DNA of 64,000 bases from NCBI GenBank assembly GCA_963779415.1, contig CAVZYA010000001.1, positions 2,016,001-2,080,000 on the forward strand, written 5' to 3'. This DNA is from an uncultured Acidobacteriota bacterium. Lineage in GTDB: Bacteria; Acidobacteriota; Thermoanaerobaculia; UBA5066. Shown here in pieces: positions 50,192-59,365 of the stretch. Position numbers and translations under genes: made by a program. Position 1 is the stretch's first letter, and each line of letters starts with the position of its first letter. The notes beneath the pieces are model-generated. The model searched no databases, was not told the DNA's origin, and was given only the letters and a program-made list of their open reading frames with translations.

Positions 50192-51580
50192 CTAACGGCC
50201 CTCCGGAAGGGCCCGGACGAGCGCGGCGAAGACCTCGCCCCGCTGCTCGTAGTTCTTGAACTGGTCGAAGGAGGCGCAGGCGGGCGAAAGGAGGACGACC
50301 TCTCCCGGCGAGGCGGTGGACGCCACCTCGACGGCGCGTTCGAGCGTCCGGCAGCGGACGACAGGGATCCCCGGTGGCGCCTCGAGCGCCATCGCGATCC
50401 GGTCCCCGGCCGCTCCGATCGTCAGGACGCGGTGCGCCTTCCGGTGCGCGAGCGGGGCGAGGCGCCGGAAGTCGTCCCCCTTCTCCTTCCCGCCGAGGAT
50501 GAGATGGACCGTCCCGTCCGGGAACCCTTCGAGGCTCTTGAGCGTCGCGTCGACGTTCGTCCCCTTCGAGTCGTCGTAGTACGCGACACCCCGGAGGATC
50601 CGGACGAGCTCCGTCCGGTGCGGGAGCCCGCGGAACTCGCGGAAGGTCCGGACGGCGGCTTCTTCCGTCACGCCGACCGGGAGCGTCGCCGCGAGCGCCG
50701 CGAGCGCGTTCTCCACGTTGTGGGTCCCGGGAAGCGCGAGGTCGGCGCGGTGCGCGACCGTCTTCGGGCCGCTCCCGTCGAGGTCGGCGACGAAGGCGTC
50801 CCCAAGGAGCGCGACGCCGCGGCGCGGGGCTCCCGCCCGCGAGAACTCGAGGCGCCGCGCCCGGGGGCGGATTCGGGCGACGAGCGGGTCGTCGGCGTTC
50901 AGGACGGCGATCTGCGCCTCGTGCTGGTTCTCGAAGATCCGGGCCTTCGCCGCGCCGTAGTCGTCGAGCGAACGGTACCGGTCGAGGTGGTCGGGGGTCA
51001 GGTTCAGGTGGACCGCGATGTCGGGCGCGAACCGGCGGATCCCCTCGAGCTGGAAAGACGACAGCTCCACGACCCAGACGGGGGGCGGCGCCCCTTCGGC
51101 GAGCGCGCCCGGTGCGGCGAAGGAGATCCATGGGGTGCCGAAGTTCCCGCACGCGAAGGCCTTCCGCCCCGCGGCCGAAAGGAGGGCGGCGGCGAGCGCC
51201 GTCGTCGTCGACTTCCCGTTCGTCCCCGTGATGCCGACGACGAGGCCCGGCAGAAGGCGCGAGGCGAGCTCGATTTCGGAGACGACCGGCAGCGCACAGG
51301 AGCGCGCCGCGTCGAAGACCGGAAGCTGAAGCGGAATCCCCGGCGAGACGACGACGAGGTCGACGCCCGAGAGAAGCGAGTCCGGATGGCCGCCGAGGAC
51401 GTAGCGGACACCGTCCCGCTCCGGGAGGTCGCCGAGCTCCTGCCGGCTCTTGGCGTCCGTGGCGACGACCTCGACGCCGCGGGAGAGGAGCACCTCCACG
51501 GCGGCCCGTCCGGAGCGGGCGAGGCCGAAGACCGCGGCGCGCGCGATCGGGGCGAGGTCGGCTCCGAGGTCGAGATTCAT
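50192..51580 (-). CDS. murD: UDP-MurNAc-L-Ala--D-Glu ligase
   Basis: GTNGKSTT, ELSSFQL, DHLDRY, DDSKGTN and LSPACASFDQF. Confidence 0.96.
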   Translation of the reverse strand: MNLDLGADLAPIARAAVFGLARSGRAAVEVLLSRGVEVVATDAKSRQELGDLPERDGVRYVLGGHPDSLLSGVDLVVVSPGIPLQLPVFDAARSCALPVVSEIELASRLLPGLVVGITGTNGKSTTTALAAALLSAAGRKAFACGNFGTPWISFAAPGALAEGAPPPVWVVELSSFQLEGIRRFAPDIAVHLNLTPDHLDRYRSLDDYGAAKARIFENQHEAQIAVLNADDPLVARIRPRARRLEFSRAGAPRRGVALLGDAFVADLDGSGPKTVAHRADLALPGTHNVENALAALAATLPVGVTEEAAVRTFREFRGLPHRTELVRILRGVAYYDDSKGTNVDATLKSLEGFPDGTVHLILGGKEKGDDFRRLAPLAHRKAHRVLTIGAAGDRIAMALEAPPGIPVVRCRTLERAVEVASTASPGEVVLLSPACASFDQFKNYEQRGEVFAALVRALPEGR

Positions 51581-52665
51581 CGCAGTTTCAGCGTCGAGAG
51601 GGAAAAGAGGGCGAAGACGATCGCCACGATCCAGAACCGGATGATGACCTTCGACTCGGCCCATCCGAGGAGCTCGAAATGGTGGTGGAGCGGCGCCATC
51701 CGGAAGACCCGCTTCCCCGTGAGCTTGAAGGAGGCGACCTGGAGGATCACGGAGAGCGCCTCGACGACGAAGAGGCCGCCGACGAAGACGAGGAGGATCT
51801 CCTGCTTGATGAGAACGGCGACCGCGCCGAGGGCCGCGCCGAGCGCGAGGGATCCCGTGTCGCCCATGAACACTTCGGCGGGGTGCGCGTTGAACCAGAG
51901 GAAGCCGAGCGAGGCGCCGACGAGGGCCGCGAGGAAGACGGAGAGCTCGCCCGTCCCCGGGACGTGGGGGACGAGGAGGTAGCCCGCGGCCTTCGCGTTT
52001 CCCGCGATGTAGGCGAGCAGGGCGAACGTGGCGGCCGCGATCAGCGTCGAGCCGATGGCGAGGCCGTCGAGCCCGTCCGTCAGGTTGACCGCGTTCGACG
52101 CCCCGACGACGACGATCGTCGCGAAGACGAGATAGCCGATCGTGCCGATGTCGGGATGGACGTTCTTGAAGAAGGGAAACGAGAGATGCGTCGGCTCGGG
52201 GCGCCCGGGAAAGAGCGTCATGGAGGCGAGCGCGACTCCGAGGCCGACGAGCGTCTGCAGCAGGAGCTTCTGCCGCCCCGAGAGGCCGCGGTTCTCCCGC
52301 CGCGAGACCTTGCGCCAGTCGTCCCCGACGCCGATGGCCATCGCGAGGAGCATCGCGACGAGGGCGACCCAGACGTAGCGGTTCGAAAGGTCCGCGAAGA
52401 GAAGTGTCGGGAGGGCCACCGCGAGGTTGATCAGGACGCCCCCCATCGTCGGCGTGCCCGCCTTGGCCTGGTGCGCCTTCGGCCCCTCCTCGCGGATCGT
52501 CTGCCCGATCTGCCGGCTCTTGAGCCAGCGGATCAGGGCGGGCCCGAGCGCCACCGAGAGGATCAGCGCGAGGAGCGAGGCCATGGCGGCCCGGAAGGTG
52601 ATGTACCGGAAGACGCCGACGACCGGCACGTGCCCCGCGAGCTGAGAGAGGAGCCAGGAGATCAC
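51577..52665 (-). CDS. mraY: Phospho-N-acetylmuramoyl-pentapeptide transferase
   Basis: KAGTPTMGG, NAVNLTDGLDGL, FMGDTGSL and MAPLHHHFE. Confidence 0.96.
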   Translation of the reverse strand: MISWLLSQLAGHVPVVGVFRYITFRAAMASLLALILSVALGPALIRWLKSRQIGQTIREEGPKAHQAKAGTPTMGGVLINLAVALPTLLFADLSNRYVWVALVAMLLAMAIGVGDDWRKVSRRENRGLSGRQKLLLQTLVGLGVALASMTLFPGRPEPTHLSFPFFKNVHPDIGTIGYLVFATIVVVGASNAVNLTDGLDGLAIGSTLIAAATFALLAYIAGNAKAAGYLLVPHVPGTGELSVFLAALVGASLGFLWFNAHPAEVFMGDTGSLALGAALGAVAVLIKQEILLVFVGGLFVVEALSVILQVASFKLTGKRVFRMAPLHHHFELLGWAESKVIIRFWIVAIVFALFSLSTLKLR

Positions 52666-54167
52666 GCGGGACCTCCCGCCCCGGCCGGAGGCGCCGCTTC
52701 GAGGAGCGACGCGGCCACGTTCCGGTCGTCGAACGGCTCGCGGCGGTCCCCGAAGACCTGTTCCGTCTCGTGCCCTTTCCCCGCGATCAGGACGACGTCC
52801 CCGGCCCGGGCGCTCCGGAGCGCCTCGGCGATCGCCTCGCGCCGGTCGACGAGGTAGGTCGCGCTCCGACCCGCCGCGTCGACGCCGATGCGGATCTCCG
52901 CGAGGATGGCCTCGGGATGCTCCGAGCGGGGGTTGTCCGACGTGACGAAGACCTCGTCGGCGAGGAGCGCGGCGATCTTTCCCATGTCGGCGCGTTTTCC
53001 CCGGTCCCGGTCGCCGCCGCAGCCGAAAACGACGAGAACGCGTCCGCCGGAGATCTTCGCGAGCTCGCGGGCGGCGGAGAGGACCCCCTCGAGCGCTCCC
53101 GGCTTGTGCGCGTAGTCGACGAGGACGTGGAGGCCGCGGGAGTTGGGGATCCGCTCGAGCCGCCCCGGGATCCGGTCGACGGAGGCGAGGGCCTGGATCA
53201 CGTCGCGGACCGGGAGACCGAGGGCGAGCCCGGCCGCCGCCGCCGCGAGGAGGTTCTCCGCGTTGTGCCGGCCGAGAAGGGGCGAGCGGAGATCGAGTGT
53301 CTCGTCCGTCGACGCGACGGTCACCTCGAGCGCGATTCGCGGCACCGCGGTGCGGATCCGGCCCCGGACGTCGGCAGCCGCGTGCCCTTCCAGGGAAAAC
53401 GCGAAGCGTGACGGCCCCGGAATCCGCGGCAGAAGCCGCCGCCCCCACGCGTCGGCGAGGTTGACGACGGCCTTCCCGCCCGGCTTGAGGAGCGAAAAGA
53501 GGTGGGTCTTCGCCTCGAAGTAGCGCTCCATGTCGCCGTGAAAGTCGAGGTGCTCGCGCGAGAGGTTCAGGAAGACCGCAATGTCGAACTGCGTCCCGGC
53601 GAGCCGCTCGAGGGTGAGGGCATGCGAGGAGCACTCCATCGTGAAGGCCGTCCCGCCCGCGGCCACGAGCTCCGCGAGAAGCGGCTGAAGGTCCGTCGCC
53701 TCGGGGGTCGTCCGTTCCGCCGGGAATTCGCGCCCGTCCGACCGGCGCCAGAAGATCGTCCCGACGAGGCCCCGTCTCGGGTGCGCGACGCCGAGAACGC
53801 GGTCCAAGAGAAGCGTCGTCGTCGTCTTCCCGCTCGTCCCCGTGACCCCGGCCATGACGAGAGAGCCCGTCGGGTAGCCGGCGAGCCGGGCCGAGAGAAG
53901 GCCGGCCGCGCGCCGCGGATTCGAAACGGCGAGGTACGGGACGGGAAGAGAGGGCATGGAAGGAGGAAGTCCCAGGACGGCCGAGGCTCCGCGTGCGAGG
54001 GCGTCCGGAATGAAGCGCCGGCCATCCATCGTGAGGCCCGGAAAGGCCGCGAAAAGGGTCCCCCGCGACGCGCGCCGCGAGTCGTGGGTGATCGCGAGGA
54101 TCTCCGGGTCGCCGCCCGTGCCGCTCCGGTCGTGCGGCAGCTCCGCCGCCAGCTGGGAGAATTTCAT
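52662..54167 (-). CDS. murE: UDP-MurNAc-dipeptide--meso-DAP ligase
   Basis: GTSGKTT, TTPE, DYAH, FGCGGDRD, DNPR (DAP-type) and AGKGHE. Confidence 0.95.
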   Translation of the reverse strand: MKFSQLAAELPHDRSGTGGDPEILAITHDSRRASRGTLFAAFPGLTMDGRRFIPDALARGASAVLGLPPSMPSLPVPYLAVSNPRRAAGLLSARLAGYPTGSLVMAGVTGTSGKTTTTLLLDRVLGVAHPRRGLVGTIFWRRSDGREFPAERTTPEATDLQPLLAELVAAGGTAFTMECSSHALTLERLAGTQFDIAVFLNLSREHLDFHGDMERYFEAKTHLFSLLKPGGKAVVNLADAWGRRLLPRIPGPSRFAFSLEGHAAADVRGRIRTAVPRIALEVTVASTDETLDLRSPLLGRHNAENLLAAAAAGLALGLPVRDVIQALASVDRIPGRLERIPNSRGLHVLVDYAHKPGALEGVLSAARELAKISGGRVLVVFGCGGDRDRGKRADMGKIAALLADEVFVTSDNPRSEHPEAILAEIRIGVDAAGRSATYLVDRREAIAEALRSARAGDVVLIAGKGHETEQVFGDRREPFDDRNVAASLLEAAPPAGAGGPA

Positions 54168-56197
54168 CGATCCTTCTCCCGCAGCGCCGGCGGGCCGAGG
54201 GCGACGAGGCAGACGCCGCCTCGCGTCGCCGGCGTGCCGGCCGGCGGCTCCTGGGTGACGACGAACCCGCTCCCCGAGAGGCGGGCCGCGAGCCCCGCGC
54301 GGGCGAGGGCGCGTACGGCGTCACGCGCCGAGAGGCCGGAGAGGTCCGGAACCGTCCCTTCGGCCGGATCGTCGAGCCTCTCGGCGCCCCGGCTGGAGGC
54401 CGGGACCACGAGCATGGGCGTCTTTCCGCTCGCGCGGGCGCCGATCGAGAGATCCGCCGTGAGGACCGGCGCCGTCTGTTCCGTCCGCACCGGCGGGACC
54501 CCGCGCAGCCGGAGCGATTCCGCCATGACGGCCGCGAAGACCGGCGCGGCGACGTCGCCGCCGTAGTAGATCCCTTTCGGCTCGTCGACGACGACGGCCA
54601 CGACGAGGCGCGGAGAGTCGGCCGGCGAAAAGCCGACGAACGAAGCGACGTGGCGGTCCCGCGAATAGCCGCCTCCCGGGGCCGCCTTCTGCGCCGTCCC
54701 CGTCTTGCCGGCTGCGGTATAGCCGGGGACGGCCGCCTGCCGTCCCGTCCCTTCCTCCACGACGCCCGTCAGGAGACGCCGGAGCGTCCGCGCCGTTCCC
54801 GGAGAGAGGATGCGGACCGGAGGGCGCGGCGCCATCGTCCGGGCGTCGTGTCCCCCGTGCCGGATCTCCGACACGAGGTAGGGCGTCGGGAGGAGGCCGT
54901 CCGTGGCGACGGCCGAGTAGGCGCGCGCGATCTGAAGCGTCGTGACGCCGATCTCCTGTCCGAAGGAGATCGTCGGAAGGGAGAGGGCGCTCCAGGACGA
55001 GACGTCCTCGAGGAGCCCCGCGGTCTCGCCGTCCAGGTCGACGCCGGTCCGCTGGCCGAACCCGAAGCTCCGGACGGCCCGGAAGAAGGGACCGCGCCCG
55101 AGCGCCATTCCGATCCGCGCGCTTCCGATGTTCGAGGAGTGCTCGAGGACTTCGGGAAGGGGAAGCGTCGCCCACGCCTTGTGGTCGTGCTCGTGGATCG
55201 TCGTCGACCCGATCGTGAGCGCCCCGTTCCCGCAGTCGATGACGTCGTTCTCCGCGACGACGCCGGCGTCGATGGCCGCCGCGAACGTGACGAGCTTGAA
55301 GACGGATCCGGGCTCGAAGGCGTCGGCGACCGGACGGCATCGGCGCGTCTCGGCGTCCACCTCGCCGAAGCGGTTCGGATCGAAGCCCGGCGCCGTCGCG
55401 AGCGCGAGGATCGCCCCCGTCGCCGGATCGAGGACGACGATCGAGGCCGATTTCGCGTGACGCTCGCGCAGCGCCTTCTCCGCTTCGCGCTCGGCGACGT
55501 GCTGGATCGAGGCGTCGAGAGTCAGGACGAGTGTGGCGCCTTCCGTCCCGTCGGCGCCTCCGCGATCCGGGAGGCGGACTCCGCCCCGGGTCGCGTAGAG
55601 GCGCTGGACGGCGTCGCGCAGAAACGTCACCCGGACGGGCTGACCGCGAATCTCGGAGTCGTATCGGTGCTCGAGCCCGCCGAGCCCGACGTTGTCCGTC
55701 CCGACGTAGCCGAGGACGGAGGCCGCGAGCGGGCCTTCCGGGTAGCGCCGCGCCGACTCCTTCCAGAGCTTGACCCCCGGCAGGTTCGCCGATTTCACCC
55801 GGGCGGCCGCCGCCTCGGAGACACGGCGGGCCAGCCAGACGAACTCCTTCTCGGGGTTGGCGAGCCGCCGCTCCAGCTCCCGGGCCGGGACGGCCAGAAG
55901 CGGCGCGAGGACGGCCGCGGTCGACTTCGGATTCTCGACGTCGGACGGGATCGCGAAGACCGAATCGGCATAGACGGTGACGGCGAGCGGCTTTCCGCCG
56001 GCGTCGAGGATCGCTCCCCGGAAGGGCGCCAGCTCCACCGTCCGCTCCTGCTGCTTCCGGGCGCGGCGGGCGAACTCGTCCTTCCGGAGAAGCTGCAGGT
56101 CGACGAGCCGGAAGAGGAGAACGAGGATCCAGATCCCCGCGCCCGCGAGGAGAACGAGGGCACGACGGGACGGATCCGGCCGGCCGGGCGCCGTCAG
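54164..56197 (-). CDS. ftsI: Penicillin-binding protein 3 with PASTA domain
   Basis: EPGSVFK (SxxK), SSN and KTGTAQ; apparent CTG start overlapping the ftsL stop. Confidence 0.93.
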   Translation of the reverse strand: MTAPGRPDPSRRALVLLAGAGIWILVLLFRLVDLQLLRKDEFARRARKQQERTVELAPFRGAILDAGGKPLAVTVYADSVFAIPSDVENPKSTAAVLAPLLAVPARELERRLANPEKEFVWLARRVSEAAAARVKSANLPGVKLWKESARRYPEGPLAASVLGYVGTDNVGLGGLEHRYDSEIRGQPVRVTFLRDAVQRLYATRGGVRLPDRGGADGTEGATLVLTLDASIQHVAEREAEKALRERHAKSASIVVLDPATGAILALATAPGFDPNRFGEVDAETRRCRPVADAFEPGSVFKLVTFAAAIDAGVVAENDVIDCGNGALTIGSTTIHEHDHKAWATLPLPEVLEHSSNIGSARIGMALGRGPFFRAVRSFGFGQRTGVDLDGETAGLLEDVSSWSALSLPTISFGQEIGVTTLQIARAYSAVATDGLLPTPYLVSEIRHGGHDARTMAPRPPVRILSPGTARTLRRLLTGVVEEGTGRQAAVPGYTAAGKTGTAQKAAPGGGYSRDRHVASFVGFSPADSPRLVVAVVVDEPKGIYYGGDVAAPVFAAVMAESLRLRGVPPVRTEQTAPVLTADLSIGARASGKTPMLVVPASSRGAERLDDPAEGTVPDLSGLSARDAVRALARAGLAARLSGSGFVVTQEPPAGTPATRGGVCLVALGPPALREKDR

Positions 56198-56610
56198 AAG
56201 CCCTCCTCCGTCGTGACGGTCGCGGTGGCCGGGGAAGCGGGGAGGCTCCGCGGCGCCGCGGCGGCCGCGCCGGGCGCCCCCTCCTCGATCCGCAGGATCT
56301 GCCACGGGGCCGGCGGGCCGAAGCCGAGAGTCGTCCGCGCAAGGGCGTCGACACGCGCCAGAGACGTCGCCTGGGCACGGTCCATCCGGAGCTGCCGGTT
56401 CCGCTCGAGGAGGGACTCCTTCTGCCGCGCGACCCGGGCGAGCTGGTAGCCGAGGCGGACCGTCTCGAGGTTCGCCCAGATCGCCGCGAGGAGGACCAGC
56501 ATCGGAGGAACGGCCGCGAGGGCGAGCGCCGCGAACTCGCGTGTCCTCTTCCGGTCCCGCTCGCGGACGAGGTAGACGTTCTCTACGGGTCGGCGGACCG
56601 CATAGGCCAT
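56194..56610 (-). CDS. ftsL: Cell division protein FtsL
   Basis: TM helix plus coiled coil (LGYQL...L.RVDALAR..LG); lies between rsmH and ftsI. Confidence 0.8.
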   Translation of the reverse strand: MAYAVRRPVENVYLVRERDRKRTREFAALALAAVPPMLVLLAAIWANLETVRLGYQLARVARQKESLLERNRQLRMDRAQATSLARVDALARTTLGFGPPAPWQILRIEEGAPGAAAAAPRSLPASPATATVTTEEGF

Positions 56611-56623
56611 GGGCCGCCTCCCC

Positions 56624-57577
56624 TCACCGTGCCGCGATCCCCGCCCGCCCGTTCTCTTCGAGCGTCCGCTCGAGAACCCGGAGGCGCGCGGAGCGCGCCC
56701 GGGGATTGAGCGTGATCTCCGGGAGCGACGGACGGATCGGCTTTCGGTCACGAGCGCCATCACGCGGCGCCGCCCGCAGACGCAGACCGGAAAGGAGGGA
56801 GGACAGGTGCAGCCGGCCGTGTGACGCGCGAAGGCCCGTTTGACGATCCGGTCCTCCAGCGAGTGGTAGGAGAGGACGGCGACGCGCGCGCCGAGGGCGA
56901 GACGTGCGATCGCGTCGTCGAGAAACCGCTCGAGGTCGATCAACTCGCGGTTCGTCGCGATCCGGAGCGCCTGAAAGACGAGCGTCGCCGGATCCTTGTG
57001 GCGCTCGCGCTTCGGCCCCACGGCCCGGAGGACGAGATGGCGAAGCTCCCCCGTCGTGGACACCGGAGACGTGACGCGAGCTCTGACGATCTCCCGAGCG
57101 ATCCGTCCGGCCATGCGCTCCTCCCCGTACTCGCGAAAGACCCGCGAGAGTTCCCCCCCGGGCAGCGTGTTGACGAGATCCGCGGCGGTCGGCCCCGAAC
57201 GGGACATCCGCATGTCGAGGGGGCCGTCCCTCATGAACGAGAAGCCCCTTTCGGGTAGGTCGAGCTGGAGAGACGAGACCCCGAGGTCCGCGAGGATCGC
57301 CCTCCACCTCGCCGAGGCCGAGCCGGTCGAGATGTGCCGCGATCTCCTCGTAGCGCCCCGGAACGAGGACGAGGCGATCCCCGAAGGGAGCCAGCCGCGC
57401 GCTGGCCTCGGCGAGAGCGTCGGGGTCGGTGTCGATGCCGACGACCCGGACCGACGAGGCGGCGGCGAGGAGCGCCTCGGCATGCCCGCCGAGCCCGATC
57501 GTCGCGTCGACGAAGACCCCCCCGCGCTCCGGACGGAGGAGCGTCGTGACCTCGCGGAGAAGGACCGGAACGTGCAC
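56624..57577 (-). CDS. rsmH: 16S rRNA m4C1402 methyltransferase (two compensating frameshifts)
   Basis: HVPVLL and DATIGLGGH; DLGVSS, RGFSF, PLDMRM and HSLEDRIVK in the alternate frame; NPRARSARLR. Confidence 0.93.
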   Translation of the reverse strand: MHVPVLLREVTTLLRPERGGVFVDATIGLGGHAEALLAAASSVRVVGIDTDPDALAEASARLAPFGDRLVLVPGRYEEIAAHLDRLGLGEVEGDPRGPRGLVSPARPTRKGLLVHEGRPPRHADVPFGADRRGSRQHAARGGTLAGLSRVRGGAHGRTDRSGDRQSSRHVSGVHDGGASPSRPPGRGAEARAPQGSGDARLSGAPDRDEPRVDRPRAVSRRRDRTSRPRRARRRPLLPLAGGPDRQTGLRASHGRLHLSSLLSGLRLRAAPRDGARDRKPIRPSLPEITLNPRARSARLRVLERTLEENGRAGIAAR

Positions 57578-57592
57578 CGGCTTCCCCCCTCC

Positions 57593-58039
57593 TCAGAGCA
57601 GGTGGCGTGAGAGTGCGTCGTAATCCTCATCGGTGAGAGAGGCCGCCTTCAGGGCCTTCAGGTGCTTCGTCCGGTTCACGAGCTTCAGGTGATCCGTCTG
57701 TCCGAGGACCAGGGCGTCGCCCGCGAGACCGGAGACGTCCCGCAGGAGCGAAGGGATGAGGAGCCGACCCTGCGGGTCCATCTTCGCGGACTGGCCGAAC
57801 GTGTTGAACCGTTCGAGGAACTTCGCCCGCGCGCGATGAACCGGCGGCAGGGCGGCGAGCTTCTCTTCGAAGGCGTTCCAGACCTTCATCGGATAGACGA
57901 GGACGTCCGATCCCGTGATCGACGTGAGGAAGAACTCGCTTCCCCACGTCTCCTCGATCGGCGCGCGGAAGACGGCCGGGACCTTGAACCGTCCCTTCTC
58001 GTCCACCGTCGTTTCCGCGCTGCCTCGAAGTCGCTCCAT
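57593..58039 (-). CDS. mraZ: Transcriptional regulator MraZ
   Basis: DEKGR..VP and DPQGRLLIP AbrB repeats; first gene of the dcw cluster. Confidence 0.93.
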   Translation of the reverse strand: MERLRGSAETTVDEKGRFKVPAVFRAPIEETWGSEFFLTSITGSDVLVYPMKVWNAFEEKLAALPPVHRARAKFLERFNTFGQSAKMDPQGRLLIPSLLRDVSGLAGDALVLGQTDHLKLVNRTKHLKALKAASLTDEDYDALSRHLL

Positions 58040-58091
58040 GTTCCTTCCCGGAAAAAAGAATCCGCGGTGGGCCCTCGGGGGCCTCGGCAGC

Positions 58092-58125
58092 CCACGATGC
58101 ACCACAGTTGACCACTTTTTTCCAC
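58092..58125 (-). promoter_or_regulatory. MraZ-binding direct repeats
   Basis: Four GTGG units with exact 10-bp period on the minus strand: GTGGAAAAAA GTGGTCAACT GTGGTGCATC GTGG. Confidence 0.85.
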
Positions 58126-58130
58126 CGCCG

Positions 58131-58160
58131 AGTATCCGGCCCCCGCTCCCCCCTCGTCAA
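58131..58160 (-). promoter_or_regulatory. sigma-70-type dcw promoter
   Basis: TTGACG-N18-GATACT immediately upstream of the MraZ boxes; the spacer includes homopolymer runs. Confidence 0.55.
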
Positions 58161-58213
58161 GTAAAAGCCGGCGTCGCCGGGCCGGGATGCGGGGTGCTAC
58201 CCTCCCGGCTCCC

Positions 58214-59353
58214 GTGGCGAGCGTCACCCCCCGAACTCCTCTCCTCGTCGAGGACGACGCGGCTCTCGAGGGGCTCCTGGCGCGGCTCGACGCGGACCGG
58301 GACACCCCCGTCTCGCTCGACACCGAAGCCGATTCGTTCCACCACTACTTCGAGAAGGTCTGTCTCGTGCAGCTCGAGGTGGAAGGCGACGTCTTTCTCG
58401 TCGACCCGCTCGCGCCTCTCTCCCTTCGGCCGCTCCTCGAGCGGCTCGCGCCGCGGCGGCTCCGGATGCACGGCGCGGATTACGACCTCCGCCTCCTCCT
58501 CCGCGACCACGCGTTCCGCTCCCGCGCCCTCTTCGACACGATGATCGCGGCGCAGCTTCTCGGGGAAGCGGAGATCGGGCTTCAGGCTCTCCTCGCGCGC
58601 CGGCTCGGCGTCACCCTCGACAAGGCCCACCAGCGGGCCGACTGGAGCCTCCGGCCGCTCTCCGGCCCGATGGTGGCGTACGCGGCCGGAGACGTGGCCC
58701 ATCTCCCGGCCCTCGTCGACCGGATGGAGCGGGACCTCGAGGCGGCGGGACGCCTCTCCTGGCACGTCGAAGAGTGCGCGCGGCTCGTCGCCGCGCCGTT
58801 CCCCGAGGCGCGGACGACGGACGACGAGAACGGCTGGAGGCTGAAGGGGACGAACGCCCTGACCTCGAAGGAGCGCGCCTACGTCCGGGCGCTCTGGGAG
58901 GCGCGCGAGGAGCGAGCCCGCGCGCTCGATCTTCCTCCATTCCGCGTCCTCGTGAACGAACGCCTTCTCCACGCGGCGCGGAAGGCCGCCGCCGGGGAGA
59001 ACGATCTCGTCGTCCTCTTTCCGGGGCCGCGCCCGCTGCCGGGCGCCCTCGCCGCGGAAGTGCGCCGGGCGCTCGACGCGGCCCGGCGGCTTCCTCCCTC
59101 CGAGTGGCCGGGGCCGCGGCGGGCCGAACCGGCCGAAGCCGATCCGGCGCTCGAGCGCGCCGTCGAGTCGCTCAAGGGGATGCGAAACCGGAAGGCGGAA
59201 GCCCTCCGGCTCGACCCGGGAGTCCTCGCCGGACGCTCCGTCCTGACAGCGGCCGCCCGCGCCCTGCTCGCCGAGCCGACCCGGGACCCCGTGCGCCTCG
59301 CGGCGAGGTCCGGCATCTCGCGCTGGCGGGCGGAGATTCTCCTCACGCCCTGA
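58214..59353 (+). CDS. rnd: Ribonuclease D (3'-5' exonuclease plus HRDC domain)
   Basis: LDTEADS...CLVQL, HGADYD, FDTMIAA, DWSLRPL, YAAGD and REERAR..DLPPFRV. Confidence 0.9.
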   Translation: MASVTPRTPLLVEDDAALEGLLARLDADRDTPVSLDTEADSFHHYFEKVCLVQLEVEGDVFLVDPLAPLSLRPLLERLAPRRLRMHGADYDLRLLLRDHAFRSRALFDTMIAAQLLGEAEIGLQALLARRLGVTLDKAHQRADWSLRPLSGPMVAYAAGDVAHLPALVDRMERDLEAAGRLSWHVEECARLVAAPFPEARTTDDENGWRLKGTNALTSKERAYVRALWEAREERARALDLPPFRVLVNERLLHAARKAAAGENDLVVLFPGPRPLPGALAAEVRRALDAARRLPPSEWPGPRRAEPAEADPALERAVESLKGMRNRKAEALRLDPGVLAGRSVLTAAARALLAEPTRDPVRLAARSGISRWRAEILLTP

Positions 59354-59365
59354 CGGAAGCCCGGC

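Noticed and set aside
33210-52000. Very long alternative-frame and antisense ORFs (e.g. 39032-41875, 39364-41955, 41792-44713, 44001-46595, 49532-51982)
   Set aside because: Arg/Pro/Gly-rich shadow ORFs expected in high-GC DNA, overlapping well-supported genes.
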